A DNA stretch of 14,773 nt from Gammaproteobacteria bacterium (GCA_050298595.1 JBNKUM010000074.1:1-14773), one strand, 5' to 3'; positions 1 to 9,095 are shown, counted from the stretch's first letter. Notes: generated by a model from the sequence alone, not told the origin. Translations and numbers: made by a program.

Positions 1-875
1 CAGTGATAGAGATTGGTGCGGCAGCTACACTAAAGCTCACAGTGCTGGTTGTGCCTGCCACAACATTATTGGCATCTTTAACCGAGAACACGACATTCGC
101 TGCTGTGTAGGTGGCAGTAGGTGTTCCTGTCACTTCTCCAGAGCTGGGGTTAAGGCTCAATCCCGCTGGCAGGGTGCCTGATGTGATGCTGAAGGTATAA
201 GGTGTTACGCCACCACTGGGGGTCAAGGGCGAAAAGCTGGTCATCGCCGTGCCAACAGTCAGGTTCTGTGCAGTGGTGGTTGCCGTGGCAGAAATCGAGA
301 CGGGTGCCGCTGCTACGCTAAAGCTCACGCTACTGGTTGTGCTTGCTGCAATATTGTTGGCATCTTTCACTGAGAAGACAACATTCGCTGTTGTATAGGT
401 AGCCGTAGGTGTTCCTGCCACCTCACCAGTGCTGGGGTTAAGGCTCAATCCCGCTGGCAGTGTACCTGATGTAATGCTGAAGGTATAAGGTGTTACACCG
501 CCACTGGGCGCCAGGGGCGAGAAGCGGGTCATCACCGTACCAACTGTCAGATTCTGTGCGGTGGTAGTTGCCGTGGCAGTAATCGCGACGGCTGCTGCAG
601 CTACGCTAAAGCTCACTGTGCTAGTTGTACCTGCCACAACATTGTTGGCATCTTTCACCGAGAAAACGACATTCGCTGTAGCATATGGAGCGGTTGGCAT
701 CCCATCCACTACTCCGGTACTGGTATTAAAGTTTAATCCTGCAGGTAATGTGCCCGAATAGCTGTAGGTATAAGGCGTTACGCCATCGCTGGGCGTCAGG
801 GGCGAGAAGCCAGTCATCGCCGTGCCAACCGTGAGGTTCTGTGCCGTAGTGTTGGCTGTTGCAGAGATTGCGACA
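1..875 (-). repeat. Intragenic tandem repeat, 288-bp (96-aa) period, at least 3 copies
   Basis: GGCATCTTT recurs at 71, 359 and 647 (288-bp spacing) with high flanking identity; the N-terminal copy is one codon shorter and more diverged. Confidence 0.92.
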
Positions 876-1003
876 CTTCCAGACGAACCGCCTGTACCGT
901 CCGACGAGGTGTTACTCGAAGTAGAACCACCGCAGCCTGCCAACAATAATGTGGTCGATAGCATACTTACAAAGAGCACACCAAATAAACTAAAACGTCT
1001 CAT
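1..1003 (-). CDS. Lipoprotein with tandem putative Ig (He_PIG-like) domains; 5' part only, runs off the left edge
   Basis: Manual translation from ATG at 1003: MRRFSLFGVLFVSMLSTTLLLAGC (lipobox LAGC, Cys24), Gly/Ser linker, then repeats of 'TAQNLTVGTAMT.FSPL.PSGGVTPYTFSITSGTLPAGLSLNPSTGEV.GTPTA.Y..ANVVFSVKDANN'. No stop before base 1, so it is absent from the ORF track. LPAGL..N..TG...GTP is typical of He_PIG domains. Confidence 0.9.
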   Translation of the reverse strand, partial: MRRFSLFGVLFVSMLSTTLLLAGCGGSTSSNTSSDGTGGSSGSVAISATANTTAQNLTVGTAMTGFSPLTPSDGVTPYTYSYSGTLPAGLNFNTSTGVVDGMPTAPYATANVVFSVKDANNVVAGTTSTVSFSVAAAAVAITATATTTAQNLTVGTVMTRFSPLAPSGGVTPYTFSITSGTLPAGLSLNPSTGEVAGTPTATYTTANVVFSVKDANNIAASTTSSVSFSVAAAPVSISATATTTAQNLTVGTAMTSFSPLTPSGGVTPYTFSITSGTLPAGLSLNPSSGEVTGTPTATYTAANVVFSVKDANNVVAGTTSTVSFSVAAAPISIT

Positions 1004-1403
1004 GAACAGTTTTCCTGGTAAAAAATGCCCCGTCAGCTAAACCGCGCAGGCTGATGTTGTTTGAAAAAAACGGGGAGTAATTCCGGTGGAGGCGCATCGT
1101 ACTTGAAGTATCCAGCTAACCCCACTCATAACTCATAGATAATAGATCATTTTTTGTAACTACTCAGCGTAAATTATTCATAAAAAAAAACTTTGACAGT
1201 TTTTTTGTGAAACCCTCAAAAGTTATCAATCGAACTATAATATGCACTCAGGCCGTATCAGGTGATGTTTAATTGCATCAACACAATGACAATGACCCGT
1301 TTCATGAATTCATTTTTTTACGGCGCACAGAGCCATACAATGAGAAAAAATCGACCCTGAAAATTCATGCGCCCCCCTGTACTGAATGAGACAGGTGTAT
1401 CCA

Positions 1404-1595
1404 TTGAAAATAGATTCGATTGAGGTTGAAAAGGCTATCCACAATGCCCGGCAACGGATTGACCAGGAACAAGGCCCGTCATCTTTTCTTCATGCCGCTC
1501 TTGAGGTTCTGTTGCTGTTAGTCACGGTGTTGATAAACCGCACAACACTGACCTGAAAAAACAGCAACAAGCCACCGTCAAGTGATCCGAATCGC
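1404..1595 (+). pseudogene. IS66-family transposase N-terminal remnant
   Basis: TTG at 1404 gives MKIDSIEVEKAIHNARQRIDQEQGPSSFLHAALEVLLLLVTVLINRTTLT*KNSNKPPSSDPNR. NS.KPPSSDP is the characteristic N-terminal motif of single-ORF IS66 transposases. In-frame TGA at 1554-1556; rest of gene absent. Confidence 0.72.
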
Positions 1596-1792
1596 CTGGA
1601 GACTACAGGCAATGGTTCTCGGGACACAACACTAATTTATTTAAGCTTTATGGACGTTTGGTATAGCCGCAGGGCTGCATTCCACTCAGGACATAATGGG
1701 GACGTAGGTGGTACGAACTCAAGGACGAGCGAAAGTAGGACAATGCAGGATGCCAGAGCCGAGCATGAAATCGAGGTAGTCATCTAGGCTGC

Positions 1793-2752
1793 CTACTCCA
1801 CCCTTGCATTATGCACATTAATATATCGATCAGGATTTTTTTCATAAACTGCATCAATATGTACTAGTATCATCGCATCGATACAATTGGAAAATTCAGG
1901 GTCAACGTTTAATTCCAGAAGTTCACAACCACCCAGTTCACATAGCTCGACATACTGCTTGAACAAAGTCTGAACTCTGACCCTTAATAAATCCAGTTTC
2001 TGTTTCAGGCGCGAATAAGCCAGCTTATATTCTGATTCCTGATTAACCAGCTGGAACTCCGCATATTCTCTGGTAACAGGATAATCATAAGGCAATCGGG
2101 GTTTCACCAGACTCTGATTATTACAGAATAATTGCTGATAGAAGTTTACAATTTCATGCCTGGCGGCTTCCGGGTATGTGGCACTCAGGATAACCGGCCC
2201 TATCATATATTTAACCTGTGGATGCCTTTGAAGATAAGCACTAATGCCATACCACAGGTAATCAAGACTGCGCTTGCCCCAGCAACGTGGCTGGATAAAG
2301 CTACGACCCAGCTCGATTGATTTCTCCAGATCGCTCACCATGTCTCCCTGCAACTCAAACAGGGTATTGGTATAAAAGCCCTGTATACCGTGTTGCGCAA
2401 GAATACGCATGCCTTCACCGATACGATAAGTGCCGATGATCCCCAGTTGCTTGTCATCCCATAACACCTGGTGGCGATAATAACGATCGAACTCATCGAT
2501 AGACTTACCTGTACCCTCATGCAGCTGTCGAAACAACAACTCTCTAAGCCTGCCAATCTCACGAATCACACTCGAATTAGAACGGTAATCAAATAAATAG
2601 ATTTCCATTCCACCCTGTGTTGAGCCTATGAATTCAGATTGCTTGAGTTCATCACGGATACTTTTACGATTAACCGGATGCTCAATATTCTCAACGGCTT
2701 CGAACAGCAGCTTCTTATAATTTTTTGCCAGCCTGTAAACCTGCTTACGCAT
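1793..2752 (-). CDS. GNAT-family N-acyltransferase domain (C-terminal half of an OlsF-like ornithine-lipid acyltransferase); probably a pseudogene fragment
   Basis: Motifs EIGRLREL.FR..HEGTG, FDRYY, IGTYRIG, IELGRSFIQP..WGKRSLDYLW.GI, LFKQY, NVDPEFSNCID. Frameshifted away from its N-terminal part upstream. Confidence 0.8.
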   Translation of the reverse strand: MRKQVYRLAKNYKKLLFEAVENIEHPVNRKSIRDELKQSEFIGSTQGGMEIYLFDYRSNSSVIREIGRLRELLFRQLHEGTGKSIDEFDRYYRHQVLWDDKQLGIIGTYRIGEGMRILAQHGIQGFYTNTLFELQGDMVSDLEKSIELGRSFIQPRCWGKRSLDYLWYGISAYLQRHPQVKYMIGPVILSATYPEAARHEIVNFYQQLFCNNQSLVKPRLPYDYPVTREYAEFQLVNQESEYKLAYSRLKQKLDLLRVRVQTLFKQYVELCELGGCELLELNVDPEFSNCIDAMILVHIDAVYEKNPDRYINVHNARVE

Positions 2753-3119
2753 CTGCCTGCCGATTTTTTTTAGATGGCAAATCCAGTAATCTCATTGAAT
2801 CAACCGGGATCGGTTTTCCGACTCTAAATGAAATTTCCTGATTCTGTTTATTAAAAACATATCCATCACCAGCATCAGCGTACCCAGCGGGGATATTGTC
2901 ACGGTCCCGATTAGAGAGGCTATATTTGAAATCAAAATGATTCAGCACCACATCCAGAAACTCAAAGCCCTCCAGATGCTTAAGGGTATCGATAAACAGA
3001 TTGATCTCATCCTGATGCAAATCTTTTTTAATATTGCTACTGCGGTTTTATACAGACATTTCTTTTTGTTTCTAAAAATCTGGCAAGAAATTATCCAGCA
3101 TTGCTTCGACATTGATCAT
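2745..3119 (-). pseudogene. Disrupted N-terminal part of the OlsF-like acyltransferase (copy 1)
   Basis: ATG at 3119 gives MINVEAMLDNFLPDF* then LHQDEINLFID...EGFEFLD.VLNHFDF...DRDNIPA, which jumps directly to GTLMLV...ISFRVGKPIP: most of the PlsC-like domain is deleted at about 2887, with stops and frameshifts. Confidence 0.75.
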
Positions 3120-3184
3120 GTCAGTCACTCATTGATTTATTTAAAAAAAACTCAAGCCTATTGGGAGATTATTTCAGTTTGATA
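2887..3184. repeat. ~300-bp direct repeat, copy 1 (copy 2 at 4570-4865)
   Basis: GCGGGGATATTGTCACGGTCCCGATTAGAGAGGC...CAGTTTGATA occurs twice with 1683-bp offset and scattered substitutions. Confidence 0.95.
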
Positions 3185-3548
3185 AAATTGGTGTTTTTAC
3201 CTTTAACTGGACGAGGTGTCGAGTTTTAATCTATGCACCCTGAGGGGGGGGAACTTTCAACAATAAGCGATATATATCGTGACAAGGTCAAGTATTGCAG
3301 TGACACAGCCACAGGAGAGTGTAAACAGTTGCACAACAGCGACTAAAAAATTTCAACGGCAGCTTTCAAGACCAGTCATTAAAATATATCTGGTGAACAG
3401 GTGCTATCGACCTTTGTCGTCAATCAATATTTTTCAATCGATTCTTTTGATTTTGTCAGTTTTTTTGAATTTCATGTTGTGCAGAGAATACTGTCAAAAC
3501 AAGATTTGTTGCAAACCGCCTGGCCAACCTGCTTTTGAAAAGTTGTTT

Positions 3549-3580
3549 GCCCGGACTCAGCGGCGCTTCATCCGGGCTAC
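3549..3580 (-). repeat. GTAG-type REP palindrome just downstream of cytochrome b561
   Basis: Minus strand GTAGCCCGGATGAAGCGCCGCTGAGTCCGGGC: GTAG foot followed by a GCCCGGA/TCCGGGC stem. Confidence 0.65.
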
Positions 3581-3586
3581 ATTTCC

Positions 3587-4135
3587 TTATCCGCGGTCGG
3601 GGAGTATCCGGGTCAGCGTATTGTCATGCTTGATGTAGTGATGATAGACCCCAGCTACCGCATGCAGACCGATGAGGTAATAGCCCGCAGTACCGACGAA
3701 CTCATGCAGTTCCTTGATCTGACCTGCAAGATCTTTGTTTTTGCCGATCAGTGCCGGTAATTCCAGACCGAAGAATGGAATTGGTTTCCCTGCTGCGCTG
3801 AGTAACAGCCAACCGGTTATCGGCATGCCTATCATCAGCACATACAATGCCAGATGCAGCAGATTGGAAGATATTTCCTGGCTGCGCGGCAAAGCTGGCT
3901 GGATTAGCGGGGTTGGACCAGAAAAACGCGCCGCCAGGCGCAACCAGACAAAACCGAACGTCAGCAAGCCTAGCATGAAATGCCAGGTTTTTAACTCCTC
4001 GCGTGGATCGCTGCCTTTGGGGAATAGCTCCCGCAAATTAATGCTGGCATATACCGCGATGAAAAGTATCAGCATAAGCCAGTGGATACTGATGGATAAA
4101 GATCCATAACGAAGTGTGGTGTTTTTCCAGCTCAT
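3587..4135 (-). CDS. Cytochrome b561 (CybB/YodB/YceJ family di-heme membrane cytochrome)
   Basis: 182 aa, four hydrophobic segments, conserved histidines in IHW, WHFMLG, LHEFVG and LHAVAG, plus LLHLALY...P.TGW and YHHYIKHD.TL.RILP; AAGGAG RBS upstream. Confidence 0.93.
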   Translation of the reverse strand: MSWKNTTLRYGSLSISIHWLMLILFIAVYASINLRELFPKGSDPREELKTWHFMLGLLTFGFVWLRLAARFSGPTPLIQPALPRSQEISSNLLHLALYVLMIGMPITGWLLLSAAGKPIPFFGLELPALIGKNKDLAGQIKELHEFVGTAGYYLIGLHAVAGVYHHYIKHDNTLTRILPDRG

Positions 4136-4410
4136 TGACTATCTCCTTTAAAAAGTATAATTGAACGTATATTTTGGGTATTTTTGACGAAGGTTTCTGT
4201 ACGCTACCGCGCATAGAATGGAAATTGCAACCACATTTAACTACTCGGTATCTTCCGATAAGAAGTCACCGCTCAACATGAACCTTGCATTGTAATTTAA
4301 GAAAAAGAAGAATAAAAGATACATTTCTGGCAAACCAATCACTCATTTTACAGTAGCGGTGCATTCACCCTTAATGAGCCAAACAAAAAGTCTTCCAGTT
4401 GTATATAGGT

Positions 4411-4484
4411 TTTCTAAGATACTGTGCGGCAGTGAACTGTAGACCCACGCTCCCTCTTGAACTATATAATTTCCAAGCTGCCTG
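4411..4484 (-). CRISPR. Type I-F CRISPR remnant: partial repeat, 32-bp spacer, degenerate repeat
   Basis: 4411-4437 TTTCTAAGATACTGTGCGGCAGTGAAC (two substitutions and one deletion versus the copy at 9421); exactly 32 bp TGTAGACCCACGCTCCCTCTTGAACTATATAA (4438-4469); 4470-4484 TTTCCAAGCTGCCTG (14/15 match, truncated). Confidence 0.8.
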
Positions 4485-4532
4485 ACACTATAACAAAACG
4501 GATCTAATTAATCCTCGTCCTGAGCAACGAAG

Positions 4533-4802
4533 GCCTGGGCGAATAGCTACAATAATCACACGACCCTGCGCGGGGATATTGTCACGGTCCCGATTAGAGA
4601 GGCTATATTTGAAATCAAAATAATCCATCACCGCACCCAGAAACTCAAAGCCCTCCAGATGCTTATGGGTATCGATAAACAGATTGATCTCATCCTGATG
4701 CAAATCTTTTTTAATATCGCTACTGCGGTTTTATACAGACATTTCTTTTTGTTTCTAAAAATCTGGCAAGAAATTATCCAGCATTGCTTCGACATTGATC
4801 AT
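4533..4802 (-). pseudogene. Second 5' fragment of the OlsF-like acyltransferase (copy 2)
   Basis: Same N-terminus and same early stops as copy 1, but continues DNIPAQGRVIIVAIRP (a decayed IVANHP acyltransferase motif) and then ends. Confidence 0.75.
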
Positions 4803-4865
4803 GTCAGTCACACATTTATTTATATAAACGACTCAAGCTTATTGGGGGATTATTACAGTTTGATA
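4570..4865. repeat. ~300-bp direct repeat, copy 2
   Basis: Matches 2887-3184. Confidence 0.95.
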
Positions 4866-5445
4866 CAATAAGCGATGATATTGATACAGTCTGGGCTGGT
4901 AACCCCGGAGGACTTGCGCAGCTGGAAAAAAGTTGAGTGGAACTGTTCTTCGGTACCGTGCTGTTTTAAACTAATCAACCAACCTGACCCCTATTAAATA
5001 TTTTGAATCGCTTTTACAATTTTGATTAACCCCCTTGTGATCAAGAACATTAATTATGCGATACCTACTGACTCACTGGTCGAGTAATCAGGACTAAAAT
5101 TAATGACAGTAAATAATTCGTTTTTTAATAAGTATTTTTTAACCCTAAAACGGATTTAGAAATTATAACTGATCGATTAACATATAAGGCGTTTCAAAGT
5201 ACTCGACCAAACGATGAAGCTCCAGGACGGACTAATGGTATGACTATTACTGCAGTTGATTTATTACGTTATTTCAGCAGTGAACCTTTCTCGGGATCTT
5301 TTGAGGGTCAAACGAACAGATTGACCGGGATATATACGGCTCCATAAATTTACCAATAGTTGCGATAACTCAGAGATCTCGTGATGGATATATCACGGAA
5401 GTCCTGTTGTAGTAAGAATATATATAATAGTAGAGGATACAGGTT

Positions 5446-8400
5446 ATGTTCATTCGAAGTTCTCATTACCAGGTGCAGCGCATATTTTTATTGCTACTGG
5501 CTGTTCTACTGCTATCCAGCTGCGGTGTCAGTGATAGCATCAGTGATACTGATGATAATCCATCAAACAGCAATCCTCCTATACAGAGCGATGAAATCAT
5601 AGAGCTTAAGGCCAGAGCGGGTACCATAATCGAAACCACTACCGGAATGTTGATTCAACTCGACGGTTCCAGTTCCAGTATTGCCTCATCAAGTCCATCC
5701 TTCGATCCTAACAGTGTTACACTGAGTTACCACTGGTTACTGAACTATCGCCCTGATACAAGTCAGGCGTCATTGATGAATGCCGAATCGGCAACACCCA
5801 GTTTCATAGCTGATGTTGGAGGCACTTATATTTTTCAACTTAATGTGAGTGCATTAGGCGAAACCAGTAAGCGTGATCTGGTGACTGTGATTGTTAAAGG
5901 TGAAACAAATAATTTTATCTTCCCTCATGCGGGCCTGACTTCCAACTGTTCAAATTGTCACAATGGGGTAACCGAGTGGGTACCAGGCGGTAGCAAGGTG
6001 ATGGGGAAATCGCCAAACCACATGGCGGTCAGTATGGAATGTGCGGCCTGTCATACAACATTTGGGTTCGATGAAATACTACGGGTCGATCACCAGGAAG
6101 TCTTTGGCTCCTGCAGTGAATGTCATAACGGGGTGATAGCAATCGGTAAATCGGATTCTCACCCGATCACCAGTGCCGAGTGTGATAACTGTCATACCAC
6201 CACCAGCTTCCTGACCCTGAATCCAGACGGCAGCTTTGATCACGCTGGCATCACACACGATTGCCAGAGTTGCCATAACGGCAGCACTGCAACCGGTCCC
6301 GATAACTCGGTGTTTATCCATGAAGCTGGCGCCGATTGCAGTAACTGTCACAACACGATCACCTTCAGCGGCACTCACCCTGACCATACCAGTACCGAGA
6401 TCACCAGTCAGCGCTGTGATGCCTGTCATGGCGTCACCGCTACAGGTCCGATCAGTGGTCATCCCGGCATCAACCCTGCCCTGGATTGCAACGCCTGCCA
6501 TACTATAACCAGCTTCAGTATGGGTGGGGTTTATAACCATAGCTCGGTGGACGCCTCGATACAGTCCTGCGATTCCTGCCACAACGAGAGTACCTCGATT
6601 AATGCAGTAGTTAAGCCAGCAAGTCACATTATAACCAGCTCAGATTGCGGTAATTGCCATACCACAGTCGGCTTTTTGCCCGCCTATGTCGATCACAGTG
6701 GCAGCGACGTTGTTGGGCATACCTGTGTCAGTTGTCATGACGGCAACAACATCGGTGTGACCGGCAAGTCGGCCAACCATCTACCTACCGGAGAGGACTG
6801 TGTGGTGTGTCATTCCCCCGGCACCTTCACTACGGGTAAGTTCACACATGCAGCCAGTTACCTCGATACGCTCCACTGCGCTGCCTGTCACGATGATATG
6901 ATCACTATCGGCAAGGGCGTTAACCACCTGCCCACTATACAAGACTGTGGCGTCTGCCATAACACCAGCGCCTTCACCCCTACATCGTTCAACCATGTAG
7001 GCATAGATACCAGCAACTGTGCGCAGTGCCATAACGGCAGCATCAGTACCGGCCTGCCCCGCAATCATGTGCCGACCTCTGATCAGGACTGCTCGGCATG
7101 CCATAGTGGCTATGACACCTTTACTGGTGCGCTATACAACCACCAGGGCATAGACCCCAGCAACTGTGCTATGTGTCATGACAACGGCATCGCCCCTGCT
7201 AAACCGGTCAACCATATCCCGGCGCTCGGCGAATGTAGCCAGTGCCACGACTCCACCGCGACATTCAAGTCAACGACCTTCCGTAACACAGTGCACCAGA
7301 ACCTGACCCAGGGCTGCGAAGGCTGCCATGTGAAAGCCTTCCTACCAGCCGTAGTGGAAGTGAAAAGCGCCAGCCACCTGCCCACCGCACAGGATTGCTA
7401 TGTGTGCCATACGGTGACAGCCTTCACCCCATCGATCTTTGCACATAAAGGTATCGCTAATAACTGTGTGGCCTGTCATGACGGTAATGCCGATCATATT
7501 GCTGCGGGCGCCATCGGCGCAACCCGTTCAGCGATCCACCAAAATACCAGCGAAGACTGTGGCATCTGTCACAACACAACGCGATTCGCCAACGCCTTTG
7601 TAAACCATAGCGGTCCGACCGTGACTGCCAATCGATGTGATACCTGTCATAATGGAAGTGATGCGATCGGCAAAAGTGCAAAGACCAATCCACCGCATAT
7701 CACTACCACACAAGACTGTAAGGTCTGTCATACCAGTGGGGGATCCTTTAAACAAGCCTCCTTCTCGCATAACGGTATCACGAGTAATTGTGCCAGCTGT
7801 CACAACGGCAGTCAGGCGCAGGGTAAATCAAATACTCATCTGGCGACCTCAAAGGACTGTTCGGTGTGTCATAACACCGATGGATTTGCGGGTGCGAAGT
7901 ATGACCATAGCGGGATCAAGGATAACTGCTCCTCCTGCCATGGCGCTGGCTTTGCAGTGGGTAAACCCAGCGACCATGTACCAACCAATCAAGATTGTCA
8001 TTTATGTCATCAGACTACGGGCTTTTTGCCAGCAAAGTTTGATCATAAAGGGATAGTGGATAACTGCTCCTCATGCCATGGCGCTGGTTTTGCAGTGGAT
8101 AAACCTAATGGGCATGTGGCGACCAATCAAGATTGCGGGGTCTGCCATAATACGACAACTTTTAAAGGTGCGACCTTCGACCATACCGGTATTGTTGATA
8201 ATTGCGATTCCTGTCATAACGGTAGTACGGCCAAAGGCAAGAACAATACGCATATACAGACAAATCTAGATTGTCATTTCTGCCACACCACTGCTACCTT
8301 TGTTGGCGGTAGCTGGAATCATCAGGGTATCACGAATAACTGTACATCCTGCCATGATGGAAGACTGGCGTCGACGCATTCGTCATGGCACTTCATCACT

Positions 8401-8736
8401 ACGCAGGATTGTAATGTCTGCCATGTAACCAGTGGCTGGGCACCAACCAGATATTCGCATCAGGCATATGGAGGCTATCCAGGTGATCATGCCAAAAATC
8501 TAGGCTGTCAGTCCTGTCATCAGCAGAATAATGAAAAGATTAGCTACAGATACTCTAACTATGCTGGATATTGTGCTGGTTGTCATGCGGGTGATTACAA
8601 GCCCGGAGAAGATGAGCATCACGGGTTAAGTAGAGATAAGGATTGTGGACGATGCCATCGAGTCAACAGTCGTGAATGGGATGGGGATGATGATCACGAT
8701 GATCACGATGATCACGATGACGATGATGACGATTAA
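5446..8736 (+). CDS. Giant multiheme c-type cytochrome lipoprotein (37 CxxCH) with N-terminal PKD/Ig-like domain
   Basis: AGAGGA RBS; signal peptide with lipobox LSSC (Cys26); PKD-like segment (LDGSSS...LSYHW...SATPSF.AD..GTY.FQL.V); 37 CxxCH motifs counted by hand in residues 168-1071, nearly all preceded by an extra His; D/H-rich tail. Confidence 0.96.
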   Translation: MFIRSSHYQVQRIFLLLLAVLLLSSCGVSDSISDTDDNPSNSNPPIQSDEIIELKARAGTIIETTTGMLIQLDGSSSSIASSSPSFDPNSVTLSYHWLLNYRPDTSQASLMNAESATPSFIADVGGTYIFQLNVSALGETSKRDLVTVIVKGETNNFIFPHAGLTSNCSNCHNGVTEWVPGGSKVMGKSPNHMAVSMECAACHTTFGFDEILRVDHQEVFGSCSECHNGVIAIGKSDSHPITSAECDNCHTTTSFLTLNPDGSFDHAGITHDCQSCHNGSTATGPDNSVFIHEAGADCSNCHNTITFSGTHPDHTSTEITSQRCDACHGVTATGPISGHPGINPALDCNACHTITSFSMGGVYNHSSVDASIQSCDSCHNESTSINAVVKPASHIITSSDCGNCHTTVGFLPAYVDHSGSDVVGHTCVSCHDGNNIGVTGKSANHLPTGEDCVVCHSPGTFTTGKFTHAASYLDTLHCAACHDDMITIGKGVNHLPTIQDCGVCHNTSAFTPTSFNHVGIDTSNCAQCHNGSISTGLPRNHVPTSDQDCSACHSGYDTFTGALYNHQGIDPSNCAMCHDNGIAPAKPVNHIPALGECSQCHDSTATFKSTTFRNTVHQNLTQGCEGCHVKAFLPAVVEVKSASHLPTAQDCYVCHTVTAFTPSIFAHKGIANNCVACHDGNADHIAAGAIGATRSAIHQNTSEDCGICHNTTRFANAFVNHSGPTVTANRCDTCHNGSDAIGKSAKTNPPHITTTQDCKVCHTSGGSFKQASFSHNGITSNCASCHNGSQAQGKSNTHLATSKDCSVCHNTDGFAGAKYDHSGIKDNCSSCHGAGFAVGKPSDHVPTNQDCHLCHQTTGFLPAKFDHKGIVDNCSSCHGAGFAVDKPNGHVATNQDCGVCHNTTTFKGATFDHTGIVDNCDSCHNGSTAKGKNNTHIQTNLDCHFCHTTATFVGGSWNHQGITNNCTSCHDGRLASTHSSWHFITTQDCNVCHVTSGWAPTRYSHQAYGGYPGDHAKNLGCQSCHQQNNEKISYRYSNYAGYCAGCHAGDYKPGEDEHHGLSRDKDCGRCHRVNSREWDGDDDHDDHDDHDDDDDD
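8689..8715 (+). repeat. (GATGATCAC)x3 microsatellite encoding DDH repeats in the cytochrome tail
   Basis: Directly visible; the C-terminus reads DGDDDHDDHDDHDDDDDD. Confidence 0.9.
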
Positions 8737-8990
8737 TAACTACTGCGTGAATCCCATAATTATATACTCAAGTTTCGGAGTTCAAATTAAGCCTTTAAAA
8801 AGAGTCTAAGCATTTGATTTAAATAATAAGATTAGCCTTACACATGGTAAAATGTTTGTGTTTAAATCCAGACAATAAAACCATCCGTTGGCACCATTGA
8901 ACGCACCCTGCTACGTCGCCTACAAGGATAATGGTGAGGGGCGTGAGCAGAATGCGGGAAGCTTTGTCGCTCTTATTAAGGGAATAGCCA

Positions 8991-9095
8991 TTAATGGCGA
9001 ACGACTCTCAGACCATTGCGGCAGGATTCGTAGTAGTCTCGCGCTGCTTTGATGCCCTGTTCCGCCTCCTTACGGATTGTAAGAGTGTACTTCAT
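8991..9095 (-). pseudogene. Truncated ParE/RelE-family toxin
   Basis: MKYTLTIRKEAEQGIKAARDYYESCRNGL... resembles ParE-type N-termini (EAE.DI..A..YY....GL); start overlaps the antitoxin stop (ATGA); ends after 34 aa. Confidence 0.7.

Noticed and set aside
561-1040. Plus-strand ORFs of 66 and 72 aa
   Set aside because: Antisense shadows of the Ig-repeat lipoprotein.
1031-1060. AAACCGC...GCTGATG resembling the 3' half of a fluoride riboswitch, and GGGGAGTAA at 1072 resembling yybP-ykoY
   Set aside because: The other conserved halves are missing and both lie on the strand opposite the adjacent gene.
1193-1241. TTGACA (1193) and TATAAT (1236)
   Set aside because: 37-bp spacing is incompatible with a single sigma70 promoter.
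2937-3638. Plus-strand ORFs 2937-3182 and 3279-3638 (and 4659-4871)
   Set aside because: Antisense to the pseudogene or spanning a REP and the cytochrome b561 end; no recognisable protein features.
4327-4398. Nested short inverted repeats and CCGCTACTGTAA (cobalamin riboswitch-like) upstream of cytochrome b561
   Set aside because: Stems are only 4-6 bp and the GGGAA and B12-box elements are absent.
6079-8269. Several overlapping ORFs inside the cytochrome gene
   Set aside because: Alternative-frame or antisense products of a repetitive coding sequence.
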